64,000 bases of DNA from Somniosus microcephalus (GCA_052327205.1 CM126226.1:30256001-30320000), one strand, 5' to 3'. Shown: positions 27,793 to 41,260, counted from the stretch's first letter. The notes: generated by a model from the letters alone, not told the origin. Numbers and translations are program-made.

Positions 27793-27980
27793 ATGGTGGA
27801 GCAGTTGACTATGATGTGTTGGTTCATGTTGGGCATTCTGCTTCCAACTCTAGTTGTTGCAGCACCTCCTCCCATCAATAAACTGGCACTGTTTCCTGAT
27901 AAAAGTGCCTGGTGTGAAGCAAAGAACATCACCCAGATAGTTGGCCACACTGGATGTGAGTCAAAGTCCATCCAGAACAG
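27793..27980 (+). CDS. NBL1: NBL1 (DAN family BMP antagonist), first coding exon: signal peptide plus [39 protein letters not shown]
   Basis: Matches recalled human NBL1. Acceptor ag at 27787-27788, donor gt at 27981. ATGs at 27793 (gaccATGg) and 27811 (orthologous MM start). Phase 2. Confidence 0.97.
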
Positions 27981-29338
27981 GTAGATATAAAAATCAATGT
28001 GTTAAACTAGCCTTCCAAACTGTATTTGAATTATATGAAAATGTCAGAATGCAGAGGAATGCGCAGGACTGGAAAAGACCATTGTGGTCCATCTGGACAG
28101 TCCCAGTGTCTAGGAATGATCATATTCTCATGCCCCTCCATCAATTGTTTTCTCCAGTTGCTTATCCAATTCTCCCCAGAACTCATGGATACAGTTGGCC
28201 CCCTGCTATGTTCCTTGGAAGTTCATTCCATACATTCACCACCCTCAGGGATAAGAAGGGAAGTTAGGAGGATCTTTTATATCCAAAGAGTAATCAATTT
28301 GTAGAATAACTTCCCAGGGAAGGTCATCGAAGTGGACAGTATAAATGGGTTCAAGAGACAGTTAGATGGATTTGTACAGAGACGAGATTGAGGGATATAG
28401 TGAGAAGGTGGGTAGTGCAAAAGGGATGGGCTTGTTGGACCTAATAGCCTTCTCTTGTTTCTAAGAGCTGTTTTATAATACGTTTTCAAAATTATATGTT
28501 AGGAGAATTAAATTGTGAGAGATGGTTTGCTATAGGGGTTAAAGGCTGTACATTATCCCGGGAATAGACTCGACTTCCAGTAAGTGAAGATTTGGAAATA
28601 GATGAATGAGAATGTTGAGCTTTGACCTCGAATTGAAAACTGCTGCTTATGTGGGTCTACAATAAAGTAACACATTGCTCTTTGAAAGGACTCAGCTGTT
28701 CTTGCAGTGACTCAAAACATCCCAGCCAGATGGCAGCAAGGGGTGAGAGGCTTAAAAACGACTTAAAAACCCAGTGTTGCTGATTCTGAGTCTTGGGCTG
28801 CTTGGTAGTTGAACTCAGCAACTGGATCTCTGATGGCATTGATGAGTTTTTCAGTTGTCTGGTTCTAAGGTGACGGACATGGTGGATCTGCCCTTCATCT
28901 GGCTGAGCACACAGGAGCTGCTTCTTTGCTCCCTCGGCTTATTCGAGGTGTGAATGAATACCTCAGTACCCACTGACACAGTGATGGACTGCAGTGTTCC
29001 GAGAACCTCAAGATCTGAACACTTGTAAAAGGCATAATTAGAACAGCACACCATTCACAGGGAATTTGGTGTCCCGTTGCACGTGTGAAAGGTTGTGGCA
29101 CTTGTTTCATTGTGAGATTCTGACACTGTAGCGGTCTGTTTCCTTTGGTTTAGTGCCTGTGAGTGTCTCATTCACTCAATAAATATTATATGTCCCATTG
29201 TTGAATAGCCTGCCAGCGCTCAGTATCTGGGATCACATGTGAAGAATGGCCCCATGAGCGAGGCACCAGAAATTTCCTGGCATCTGTGAAACCCGTGCCA
29301 CAAAGTCAGCCCCTTGGCGGGGGGGGGGGGGAGGGGAG

Positions 29339-30290
29339 NNNNNNNNNNNNNNNNNNNNNNNNNNNNNNNNNNNNNNNNNNNNNNNNNNNNNNNNNNNNNN
29401 NNNNNNNNNNNNNNNNNNNNNNNNNNNNNNNNNNNNNNNNNNNNNNNNNNNNNNNNNNNNNNNNNNNNNNNNNNNNNNNNNNNNNNNNNNNNNNNNAGGA
29501 GTGGAGGAGGGGGGAGGGAGGGNNNNNNNNNNNNNNNNNNNNNNNNNNNNNNNNNNNNNNNNNNNNNNNNNNNNNNNNNNNNNNNNNNNNNNNNNNNNNN
29601 NNNNNNNNNNNNNNNNNNNNNNNNNNNNNNNNNNNNNNNNNNNNNNNNNNNNNNNNNNNNNNNNNNNNNNNNNNNNNNNNNNNNNNNNNNNNNNNNNNNN
29701 NNNNNNNNNNNNNNNNNNNNNNNNNNNNNNNNNNNNNNNNNNNNNNNNNNNNNNNNNNNNNNNNNNNNNNNNNNNNNNNNNNNNNNNNNNNNNNNNNNNN
29801 NNNNNNNNNNNNNNNNNNNNNNNNNNNNNNNNNNNNNNNNNNNNNNNNNNNNNNNNNNNNNNNNNNNNNNNNNNNNNNNNNNNNNNNNNNNNNNNNNNNN
29901 NNNNNNNNNNNNNNNNNNNNNNNNNNNNNNNNNNNNNNNNNNNNNNNNNNNNNNNNNNNNNNNNNNNNNNNNNNNNNNNNNNNNNNNNNNNNNNNNNNNN
30001 NNNNNNNNNNNNNNNNNNNNNNNNNNNNNNNNNNNNNNNNNNNNNNNNNNNNNNNNNNNNNNNNNNNNNNNNNNNNNNNNNNNNNNNNNNNNNNNNNNNN
30101 NNNNNNNNNNNNNNNNNNNNNNNNNNNNNNNNNNNNNNNNNNNNNNNNNNNNNNNNNNNNNNNNNNNNNNNNNNNNNNNNNNNNNNNNNNNNNNNNNNNN
30201 NNNNNNNNNNNNNNNNNNNNNNNNNNNNNNNNNNNNNNNNNNNNNNNNNNNNNNNNNNNNNNNNNNNNNNNNNNNNNNNNNNNNNNNNNN
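29339..30290. other. N runs (29339-29496 and 29523-30290) around a G/A-rich island
   Basis: Ns in the sequence; the left flank and the island are poly-G / GGA-rich. Confidence 0.99.
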
Positions 30291-30479
30291 GCAGGAACAA
30301 ACACAAAGTGTGAGCATCTCCACCTCATCTCAGTTTCCAGGTTTAGTTGAACAATAATCACTGATTATCAGATGATGAGATTGATCCAGTTTTATTTCAG
30401 CCAAAAAAAAGTGAATATCTTGTTTATAAGAACAATTTAAATGATATAATAATATAAACTGTTACATTCCCTCCCTCAG

Positions 30480-30591
30480 AGCGTGCCTCGGCCAATGTTT
30501 CAGCTACAGTGTGCCCAATACTTTTCCACAGTCCACTGAATCCCTCGTTCACTGTGACTCCTGCATGCCAGCACAGTCCATGTGGGAAATT
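30480..30591 (+). CDS. NBL1: NBL1 second coding exon (112 nt; (R)[37 protein letters not shown]), absent from the ORF track
   Basis: ccctcag acceptor and gtaagt donor. Completes the phase-2 Arg codon. Carries cystine-knot cysteines. Confidence 0.98.
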
Positions 30592-30607
30592 GTAAGTAAC
30601 TGCTTGC

Positions 30608-33600
30608 CTCCCTGTCTGATTATACACAGCCTCACTGTCTGATTATACACAGCCTCACTGTCTGATTATACACAGCCTCCCTGTCTGATTATACACAGCC
30701 TCCCTGTCTGATTATACACAGCCTCACTGTCTGATTATACACAGCCTCACTGTCTGGTTATACGCAGCCTCCCTGTCTGATTATACGCAGCCTCCCTGTC
30801 TGATTATACGCAGCCTCCCTGTCTGATTATACGCAGCCTCCCTGTCTGATTATACGCAGCCTCCCTGTCTGATTATACGCAGCCTCCCTGTCTGATTATA
30901 CACAGCCTCACTGTCTGATTATACGCAGCCTCACTGTCTGATTATACACAGCCTCCCTGTCTGATTATACACAGCCTCACTGTCTGATTATACACAGCCT
31001 CACTGTCTGATTATACACAGCCTCCCTGTCTGATTATACGCAGCCTCCCTGTCTGATTATACGCAGCCTCCCTGTCTGATTATACACAGCCTCACTGTCT
31101 GATTATACGCAGCCTCACTGTCTGATTATACACAGCCTCCCTGTCTGATTATACACAGCCTCACTGTCTGATTATACACAGCCTCCCTGTCTGATTATAC
31201 ACAGCCTCCCTGTCTGATTATACACAGCCTCACTGTCTGATTATACACAGCCTCACTGTCTGGTTATACGCAGCCTCCCTGTCTGATTATACGCAGCCTC
31301 CCTGTCTGATTATACGCAGCCTCCCTGTCTGATTATACACAGCCTCCCTGTCTGATTATACACAGCCTCCCTGTCTGATTATACACAGCCTCACTGTCTG
31401 GTTATACGCAGCCTCCCTGTCTGATTATACGCAGCCTCCCTGTCTGATTATACACAGCCTCACTGTCTGATTATACGCAGCCTCACTGTCTGATTATACA
31501 CAGCCTCACTGTCTGATTATACGCAGCCTCCCTGTCTGATTATACGCAGCCTCCCTGTCTGATTATACGCAGCCTCCCTGTCTGATTATACACAGCCTCA
31601 CTGTCTGATTATACGCAGCCTCCCTGTCTGATTATACGCAGCCTCACTGTCTGATTATACGCAGCCTCCCTGTCTGGTCACACGCAGCCTCCCTGTCTGA
31701 TTATACGCAGACTCACTGTCTGATTATACGCAGCCTCCCTGTCTGATTATACGCAGCCTCCCTGTCTGATTATACGCAGCCTCCCTGTCTGATTATACAC
31801 AGCCTCACTGTCTGATTATACGCAGCCTCACTGTCTGATTATACGCAGCCTCACTGTCTGATTATACACAGCCTCACTGTCTGATTATACGCAGCCTCCC
31901 TGTCTGATTATACGCAGCCTCCCTGTCTGATTATACGCAGCCTCCCTGTCTGATTATACACAGCCTCACTGTCTGATTATACGCAGCCTCACTGTCTGAT
32001 TATACACAGCCTCACTGTCTGATTATACGCAGCCTCCCTGTCTGATTATACACAGCCTCACTGTCTGATTATACGCAGCCTCCCTGTCTGATTATACGCA
32101 GCCTCACTGTCTGATTATACGCAGCCTCCCTGTCTGATTATACGCAGCCTCCCTGTCTGATTATACGCAGCCTCCCTGTCTGATTATACGCAGCCTCACT
32201 GTCTGATTATACACAGCCTCCCTGTCTGATTATACGCAGCCTCCCTGTCTGATTATACGCAGCCTCACTGTCTGATTATACACAGCCTCACTGTCTGATT
32301 ATACGCAGCCTCACTGTCTGATTATACGCAGCCTCACTGTCTGATTATACGCAGCCTCACTGTCTGATTATACACAGCCTCACTGTCTGATTATACACAG
32401 CCTCCCTGTCTGATTATACGCAGCCTCACTGTCTGATTATACACAGCCTCACTGTCTGATTATACGCAGCCTCCCTGACTGATTATACACAGCCTCCCTG
32501 TCTGGTCACACGCAGCCTCACTGTCTGATTATACGCAGCCTCACTGTCTGATTATACACAGCCTCACTGTCTGATTATACGCAGCCTCCCTGTCTGATTA
32601 TACGCAGCCTCACTGTCTGATTATACGCAGCCTCCCTGTCTGATTATACGCAGCCTCACTGTCTGATTATACGCAGCCTCACTGTCTGATTATACACAGC
32701 CTCCCTGTCTGATTATACACAGCCTCCCTGTCTGATTATACGCAGCCTCCCTGTCTGATTATACACAGCCTCACTGTCTGATTATACGCAGCCTCCCTGA
32801 CTGATTATACGCAGCCTCCCTGTCTGATTACACACAGCCTCCCTGTCTGATTATACACAGCCTCCCTGTCTGATTATACGCAGCCTCCCTGTCTGATTAT
32901 ACACAGCCTCCCTGTCTGATTATACACAGCCTCCCTGTCTGATTATACACAGCCTCACTGTCTGATTATACGCAGCCTCCCTGTCTGATTATACGCAGCC
33001 TCCCTGTCTGATTATACGCAGCCTCCCTGTCTGATTATACGCAGCCTCCCTGACTGATTATACGCAGCCTCCCTGTCTGATTATACGCAGCCTCCCTGTC
33101 TGATTATACACAGCCTCCCTGTCTGATTATACGCAGCCTCCCTGTCTGATTATACGCAGCCTCCCTGACTGATTATACGCAGCCTCCCTGTCTGATTATA
33201 CGCAGCCTCCCTGACTGATTATACGCAGCCTCCCTGACTGATTATACGCAGCCTCCCTGTCTGATTATACGCAGCCTCCCTGTCTGATTATACGCAGCCT
33301 CCCTGTCTGATTATACACAGCCTCACTGTCTGATTATACGCAGCCTCCCTGACTGATTATACACAGCCTCCCTGTCTGATTATACACAGCCTCACTGTCT
33401 GATTATACGCAGCCTCCCTGTCTGATTATACACAGCCTCCCTGTCTGATTATACGCAGCCTCCCTGTCTGATTATACACAGCCTCCCTGTCTGATTATAC
33501 ACAGCCTCCCTGTCTGATTATACGCAGCCTCCCTGTCTGATTATACGCAGCCTCCCTGACTGATTATACACAGCCTCCCTGTCTGATTATACACAGCCTC

Positions 33601-34775
33601 CCTGTCTGATTATACACAGCCTCCCTGTCTGATTATACGCAGCCTCCCTGACTGATTATACGCAGCCTCCCTGTCTGATTATACGCAGCCTCCCTGACTG
33701 ATTATACACAGCCTCCCTGTCTGATTATACGCAGCCTCCCTGTCTGATTATACACAGCCTCCCTGTCTGATTATACGCAGCCTCACTGTCTGATTATACG
33801 CAGCCTCCCTGTCTGATTATACGCAGCCTCCCTGACTGATTATACGCAGCCTCCCTGTCTGATTATACGCAGCCTCCCTGTCTGATTATACACAGCCTCC
33901 CTGTCTGATTATACGCAGCCTCCCTGTCTGATTATACGCAGCCTCCCTGTCTGATTATACGCAGCCTCCCTGTCTGATTATACGCAGCCTCCCTGACTGA
34001 TTATACACAGCCTCCCTGTCTGATTATACGCAGCCTCCCTGTCTGATTATACACAGCCTCCCTGTCTGATTATACGCAGCCTCCCTGTCTGATTATACGC
34101 AGCCTCCCTGTCTGGTTATACGCAGCCTCCCTGTCTGATTATACGCAACCTCCCAGACTGATTATACGCAACCTCCCAGACTGATTATACGCAACCTCCC
34201 TGACTGGTCACGTGCAGCCTCCCTGTCTGGTCACGCGCAGCCTCCCTGTCTGGTCACGCGCAGCCTCCCTGTCTGGTCACGCGCAGCCTCCCTGACTGGT
34301 CACACGCAGCCTCCCTGTCTGGTCGCACGCAGCCTCCCTGTCTGGTCGCACGCAGCCTCCCTGACTGGTCGCACGCAGCCTCCCTGTCTGGTCGCACGCA
34401 GCCTCCCTGTCTGGTCGCACGCAGCCTCCCTGTCTGGTCGCACGCAGCCTCCCTGTCTGGTCGCACGCAACCTCCCTGACTGGTCACACGCAGCCTCCCT
34501 GCCTGGTCACACGCAACCTCCCTGACTGGTCACACGCAACCTCCCTGTCTGGTCACACTCAACCTCCCTATCTGGTCACACGCAGCCTCCCTGTCTGGTC
34601 ACATGCAGCCTCCCTGTCTGGTCACACGCAGCCTCCCTGACTGGTCACACGCAGCCTCCCTGCCTGGTCACACGCAGCCTCCCTGTCTGGTCACACGCAG
34701 CCTCCCTGACTGGTCGCACGCAGCCTCCCTGACTGGTCACACGCAGCCCCCCTGCCTGGCCACACGCAACCTATC
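30608..34775. repeat. 23-bp minisatellite, about 180 units (ctgtctgattatacRcagcctcM), shifting to a ggtcRc variant at its 3' end
   Basis: Tandem periodicity of 23 nt. Confidence 0.98.
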
Positions 34776-35309
34776 CTTCCTCTAAGTCTCTCCTACCTGA
34801 TCTACATCTACAAACTCAAACATTTTCTACATTGCACTCTTTCGTATCTCTCCATTTTATGGTCCTCCCTCCTCTGACCTTTCCTCTGTTGTTCCTCCTA
34901 AGCTCCAAATATCCCATCCCTCACACTGATTCCTGAGCACACCGCCCCCCCCCCCCACACTGCCCCCCGCCCCCGCTACAGCCTCATTGTTCGGAAATAA
35001 AGATTCATCTCACTGTCTCCTACTCGAACTCATTCTTTACCAGGACCTCCAAACTGTGGAACTCCTCGCCTCACTCAGCCTTCCCATCCTCCTGCAATCT
35101 GCAGCCTTTTAAAACCCAAACTCGGGGATGCCTAATCATCGCGGCCTGATTTTCCTCTTCTTATCTCCTCCTCTTTTCACCCTTTCTGCTCTCCTGCACT
35201 GTGGACCTTGGCTGTTCACCTGGGTTTCTAAATAGCAATCAATTAAAAAAAAATCAATCCTAAAAATTTGAAATACTGAATGAAAGATGTGCCATGGTTT
35301 GTATTACAG

Positions 35310-35540
35310 GTCAAGTTGGAATGTCCTGGCAATGAGGAAATGCCCAGAGTGGACAAACTAGTGGAGAAAATTGTGCACTGCAGTTGCCAGGCGTGCGGAA
35401 AGGAACAGCACCAAGATTCCCAACTTTTTAATGTAATCCTAAATGAGGAAGAGGCCTCTCCCCCAGAGGCGGTCAAATCCCCTCAGATCATTCACCACAA
35501 TGAGGATGTTGTTCTCGAACATGGCAGAGAGGAAGAGTAG
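35310..35540 (+). CDS. NBL1: NBL1 last coding exon ([32 protein letters not shown]...EEE stop)
   Basis: ttacag acceptor, phase 0, CSC cystine-knot motif, TAG at 35538-35540. Total CDS 531 nt from 27793 (176 aa). Confidence 0.97.
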   Translation, partial: VKLECPGNEEMPRVDKLVEKIVHCSCQACGKEQHQDSQLFNVILNEEEASPPEAVKSPQIIHHNEDVVLEHGREEE

Positions 35541-35997
35541 CCAAATAGAGACTTTGACATGAGGAGAAAAAAAAGTGAAGTTGTGGTATAAAATTTCAGT
35601 TCGTTTTATTTGTTGAATTTTAGAGAGAAAATCAAAATATAATGAAATTTAAAAAAAACCATGCAGACTTATTTAAGGAGAAAGTCTTTAAAGAATGACA
35701 TTTGTTGTAGAAATTAAGCAGGAATCCCATTCAGATACTAATATATACCTCACCGAGATCCAGCAAAGTATAATTAGAATTTGGTGATCAGTGTTGGGTT
35801 CACAATGTCTGTAATTAGTAAGCCTGTTTTTTATACCACAGAAATCCCTGTGTGTAGCCATTTCAAACTTATAACTGTTTGTATATAAAATTACAGTTTA
35901 TAAATCTGTGTAAACTTTTTTTCAAAATCTTCCTTTCATTTAATTTTCTGGTCATCAAAGACTTTGCAGATGTAGGAGAGAGAAGAAGAAACACAGG

Positions 35998-36500
35998 AAG
36001 ACAGACACAGACACACAGGGACAGAGAGACACACACACAGGGACAGAGAGACACACACACAGGGACAGAGAGACAGAGAGGCACACACACAGGGACAGAG
36101 AGACACGCACACAGGGACAGAGAGACAGAGAGGCACGCACACAGGGACAGAGAGACACACACACACAGGGACAGAGAGAGACACACACAGGGACAGAGAG
36201 ACACGCACACAGGGACAGAGAGACACACACACACAGGGACAGAGAGACACACACACAGGGACAGAGAGGCACACACAGGGACAGAGAGACACACACACAG
36301 ACAGACACACACACAGGGACAGAGAGACACAGACACAGACAAAGAGAGGCACAGACGCACACACACATACACAGAGAAAGAGAGAGACATACACAGATGG
36401 AGAGGTAGGCAGATAGAGAGAGAGAGACACACACATGCAGAGACACAGACAGAAACATAAGCAGAGCAGACAGGCAGAGGCAGACAGAGAGAAAGAGACA
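35998..36500. repeat. Compound (CA)/(GA) simple repeat (acacacagggacagagag)
   Basis: Low-complexity tandem sequence. Confidence 0.95.
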
Positions 36501-37239
36501 GATTGAGACACTACACCCACACAGCACTTCAGAAGGAAATGCAAATGTTGTTAAGATAAAGTTGTGTGTAATGATTGTGTATTTTTGACATGTAAAGAGT
36601 ACTGAAAATGCGATGGGAGTTTGGAACGCAGTGAAACAGTCTCTGGTTTGATGGGTAAAGTTTGTGTGGCGTGGGCGCCAAGGCAGACAGACCACGAAGG
36701 TTCCAGCTTTGGTCCTGACTCTGTGGTGACTCAGCTGATCTCCGTTTGGGCTGATGTGAGATGCCCACAGCGTTTAAACCAGGGAAAGGAGAAAAGCTTG
36801 GTCAAGGTTTCCACTCCCGATCACTATCCAGTGGCCTCGGCTGGAAAGTGCACGTGTGTGGAGGTCAGGATCCTTAGCTGTGAGGCCCCCATGATGGAAT
36901 AGCCTGCTGACGGTCACTGCTCAGGCTCTTGGGAAGAATGCCTACCTGGGTGAGATACCAGTGGGAGACCAGTGACAAAAGAACTGCATCCAGCAAGAAT
37001 CACTCTCTTCTAGAGGGAATAAAAGGCAAAAATGAAATGGGGTGGGGGCAGTAGGAGGAAGGGTGGAACGAAACATGGGAGGGGGCGGGGTAAATAGTTC
37101 CCATTTTGTTTTATACCATTGTGTTCTTCTGCTCAAATTCTGTACTTGTATTTTTCTTTTTATAAACTGTTCGATTTTATTCTGATGGATTCTATGTGAT
37201 TCCCTTTTGTGAGTCTATAAGGTTAAACCCAGAGATGTA

Positions 37240-37752
37240 GGGGTCAAGTTTAACTCACTGGGTTAAAATGGAGCATGGGGAATTGCCCGCCCCTTTCCCA
37301 CCCGATCTGGCCCAATTTTAAATATGCAGATTGGGCTCAGCTGACATCATCTGCCATTGTAACCTGAGGCCTGAGCGAGGGAGCGATGGGGGCTTCCCAG
37401 CGAGGAAAAACCTGCCAGAAAAAAAGCAACCAGGGCTAGAAGAGACGGGCTCCTCCAGGTCCCACAGGAAACCTTGGGCCTCCTCTGCCCCAGGTTCCCC
37501 CCCCCCAGACTGAGATTTTCCTCCTGGAGCACGTACCTTGTGCCAGGGACCATTCCTCAGGGGCCCTGGAGGCAGTTTCCTGCTGCCTGATTTTAATGGC
37601 TGAGCCATACGACTTTCTGGGCGTATTGGTAAGCGCCATGCTGATGAGGCCCGGCCATTGCAATCAGTCAAGCCTGCCTGCTGCTGCTGCTCCCAGATGG
37701 GCACAGCCTCAAGCTTGGTCGCATTCCCGTCCAAGAGTTAAAATCGAGCCCC
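37240..37752. mobile_element. MITE related to 12946-13535
   Basis: Ends ggggtcaagtttaactc / gagttaaaatcgagcccc form imperfect TIRs. No clean TSD. Confidence 0.55.
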
Positions 37753-38674
37753 ATGGTGTCTCCTGAGATGTTTATAAATGGGGATTTATCTGATCTCACC
37801 TGGGGCAGTGGTAGGGGTGCTGCAATTGGCCTCAGTGCATCTTGGTTAGGGAAGAAAAAAAATCAGCCATGGTCCCTGCTCCAAATCACCATCTAGGGAT
37901 CCCTGCAGAAAGCATACATTATGGGCAATGGGTGAGGAATAGAGCTGGACCTCCCACCATTGGCCAAATAGCCTGATGATGCTCACTGTCAGCTTTGCAT
38001 GTAAAAAATTACTAGTTGGTGAGGTATCAGTAGACTGCAGCCTTACCTCAGGAGCAATGTTCTATCATCAAGTCTGCTGATTACAACAGTTCACAACAGC
38101 TATCCTTGGGAGCCACAGTTCCTTGGAGTTCTCTGACATCTAACTTGTGAGATACTTGGCACAGCTTCAAGTCCCATTTCACTAAAAGGTTGACCATTTG
38201 TATACAGCAATACCGCTACCCAGCTAATACTAATTCTCACCAGTTCAAGTAATGAGGGTTTGCATCCACACCATGTAAAGCATTGACGTATATTTAGTTA
38301 GTGGAGTTGCACTGGGTGCAAATGGAGACTTGAATGGTGGGCCTCTATGGGACTTTGGTGACTAAATTGATGTAATCTCCAGCACTACATTGTTCAAACT
38401 GTGGCCTGTGAACTCTGGCTATCCAGCCACAAAGCCCTGGCAAATCTGCTTTTATTTCTGTTTATATTTCTTATTCCTTGGTTTGTCTTGTTTGAATTTC
38501 ATGACCTGGAACTTTGGAAAAGGCAGTTCTCTGTGCTGTTGACTGATTCGTAGATGAGTCCTAAACAGAAGTACAGGGAGAGAACGAGTGAGAGAGATAT
38601 CCACATTCATTGGAACATTTGTCTACCCTTTTTTGTGGGTCCTAGAACTCCATGGCATGCAGCTCACAAAGACA

Positions 38675-39190
38675 TAGTGTTGGTAGCACTCTCACCTCAG
38701 CGTCAGAAGGTTGTGGGTTCACGCCCTACTTCAGAGACTTGAGCACAAAATCTGGGCTGACATTCCAGTGCAGCGCTGAGCGAGTGCTGCACTGTTGGAG
38801 GTGCCGTCTTTCAAATGAGACATTAAACCAAGGCCTTGTGCCCTTACAGGTGGAAGGAAAAGATCCCATGGCACTGTCTCAAAGAAGAGTGGGGGATTTC
38901 TCTCCAGTGTCCTGACCAATATTTATCCAGCAACTAACATCAGTAAAAAACAGATAATCCGGACATTATTATATTGTTTGTGGGAGCTTAATTCCCACCT
39001 TAGTTGTGGGGGCGAAGTTACGAGAGTGGAATTACCTGGCGTGGATGCAGACCCTAGTTACTTGTCTGTGCTCAAATTGGCTGCCGCGTTTCCTACATTA
39101 CAACAGCGACTACACTTCAAAAATATTTAATTGGCTGTAAAGCGCGTTGGGGTTATGAAAGGCGCTATATAAATGCAATTCATTTTTTTC
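38675..39190 (+). mobile_element. Older Deu-domain SINE carrying a 70-bp insertion at about 38990-39060
   Basis: Colinear with the 25472 copy apart from the insertion. Confidence 0.8.
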
Positions 39191-39384
39191 TTACTGGGTA
39201 GGAAATGGATGTGTAATTTTTATTATTCAGGCAGGGCAATTTTTTCAGTAAAGACAAAGCATTGTCTTTCTAATTAGTTTATAATCCATTGTGGTAATTG
39301 CAGTCAATTCAGAAACTCATACGTTGTTTCATAGCAAAACAATGTACTTAGATTGCATCATAGTGCCGGTCAATGACCGTCTCC

Positions 39385-39695
39385 TCTAGCTGTATGAGTG
39401 ACCCTGAGCTGAGCTTCCAACTCTATATCCTCTCCGTCACCAAGACCACCTACTTTCACCTTCGTAATATCACCTTTCTCTGCCCTGCCTCAGCTCATCT
39501 GCAGCTGAAACTCTCATCCATGCTTTTGTTAACTCTAGACTCGACTATTCTAACGCTCTCCTGGCTGCTCTCCCACTTTGCACCCTCCGTAAACTTGTGC
39601 TCATCCAAAACTCCGCTGCCCGTATCCTAACTTGCTCCAAGTGCCATTTACCCATCATCCCTGACCAGCATTGGCTCCCAGTCCGACAACTCCTT
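39385..39695 (+). mobile_element. L2 LINE ORF2 C-terminal fragment
   Basis: Reads LIHAFVNSRLDYSNALLA and IQNSAARIL, typical of L2. Confidence 0.8.
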
Positions 39696-39696
39696 G

Positions 39697-41260
39697 AGAT
39701 GGGCAATATTACCAAGGTAGAACTAAGCAGTCTTTGTGATGATGAGGATATGGGGTCAGAAGCTCAGCTCAGGACCAAAAAGGATTCCGAAGTTGCGAAC
39801 AGTCTGGTTCAGCCCGAGACTGTGGCCAGGGAGTGGAATGGGATTCGTGCCATGGGAGCAGTTTGTGGTGGGGGCCGGAGACAATGGTTTCTGCCTTCCC
39901 AATGTTTAATTGGAGGAAATTGTGACTCATCTAGTATTAGATGTCAGACAAGCAGTCTGCCAACACAGAGGCAGTGGAGGGGTCGAGAGATTTGGTGGTG
40001 AGATAGAGCTGGTTGTCATCAGCATACATGTGAAACCTGACGTCATATCTTCAGATGATGTTGTCGAAGGGCAGCATGTAAATGAGAAATAGGAAGGGGT
40101 CAAGGATAGTTCCTTGAAGGACTCCAGAGGTAATGGTGTAGGTGCGGGAAGTGAAGCCATTTTAGGAGATTCTCTGAGTATGACAGGATAGGTAAGAGTG
40201 GAATTAGTGGAGGGTAGTCCCACTCAGCTGGACAATGGAGGAGTTGGTGGTGGATGCCATGGTCAACTGTGTCAAAGGCTGCAGATAGGTCGAGAAAGAA
40301 AATGAGGGATAGTGCACCATGGTCACATTCACAGAGAATATTATTTGTCACTTTGATTAGGGCAATTTTAGTGCTGTGGCTGGGACAGAAACCTGATTGG
40401 AGAGATTCAAACATAGAGTTCCAGAAAAGATGAGCATGGATTTGAGAGGCAACAATTCATATACTCTGGAGAGGAGAAGGAGGTTGGAGATGTGGGTGGT
40501 AGTTTGCAAGGACAGAGGGATCAAATATTTTTTTTGAGGAGGGGTGATGACAGCAGATTTAAAGTATGAAGATACAAAATTGATGGGCAGGAAAAGACCA
40601 GCTGGTCCATCAAGCCTGCCTTACACCATGATGGCTGGATCATCATGGCTAAACACCTCTTCCCACCTCCCTACCTCCCAGCCACCCCTGCAGCCATGTC
40701 ATCTCCTGGGAAACATTCCAGTACCAAAAAGGGGGAAAAGATCCTCGCCGACCCCCTCAGGCAATCAAAACCAGTCCAAGAGATCACATGGACCAAGTCT
40801 CATTGATAAAGACATTTTCGTTCTATATAATGCGATCTCTGCCCCAGTCTGGAACCAAACTCGCTCCCTCTTGAAGGCATACATAGAGTCAGCCCCCACC
40901 ACACCAGCTGGCAATATATTCCAGAGGCTCACTACTGTCTGGGAAAAGAAGAACCATCTACATCCAGTGTTAAATGGAAGAGAACAGTGCCTGAAGAGAG
41001 GAAACAGTTTACTATATCAGCTAGCATGGGGGCCATGAAGGGGAATTGGGTTATCAACAATTTAGCGGGAATAGGGTTGAGAGAGCAGGTGGTGGGTCCC
41101 AGGGACATGTTGAGCTTGGAGAGTGCATGAGAGGAGATAGAAGAGATACTGGAGAAAGATGTGGGGTTGGGGCTAGGGCAAGAGGGAACCTTGGGGGTAG
41201 CTTGGCTTGGTGGGCAAGCGGAAGGGAGGCATGAAGCAGAGGCAGCTGAGCTGTGGTCTC
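39697..41260 (-). mobile_element. Decayed L2 LINE RT region, interrupted by a CR1 3' fragment (about 40565-40965)
   Basis: ORF 40100-40414 has LQSGF..HST..AL.KV...DLSAAFDTVDH. An FHMYADD-coding segment lies near 40020. Confidence 0.8.

Noticed and set aside
29220-30361. ORFs of 270-367 aa
   Set aside because: They consist of N bases.
35869-36695. Cys/Val-rich and Arg/Thr/His-rich ORFs
   Set aside because: Translations of a CA/GA simple repeat.
39030-39045. U1 snRNA-like ttacctggc
   Set aside because: Only 9 nt match and the rest does not follow U1.
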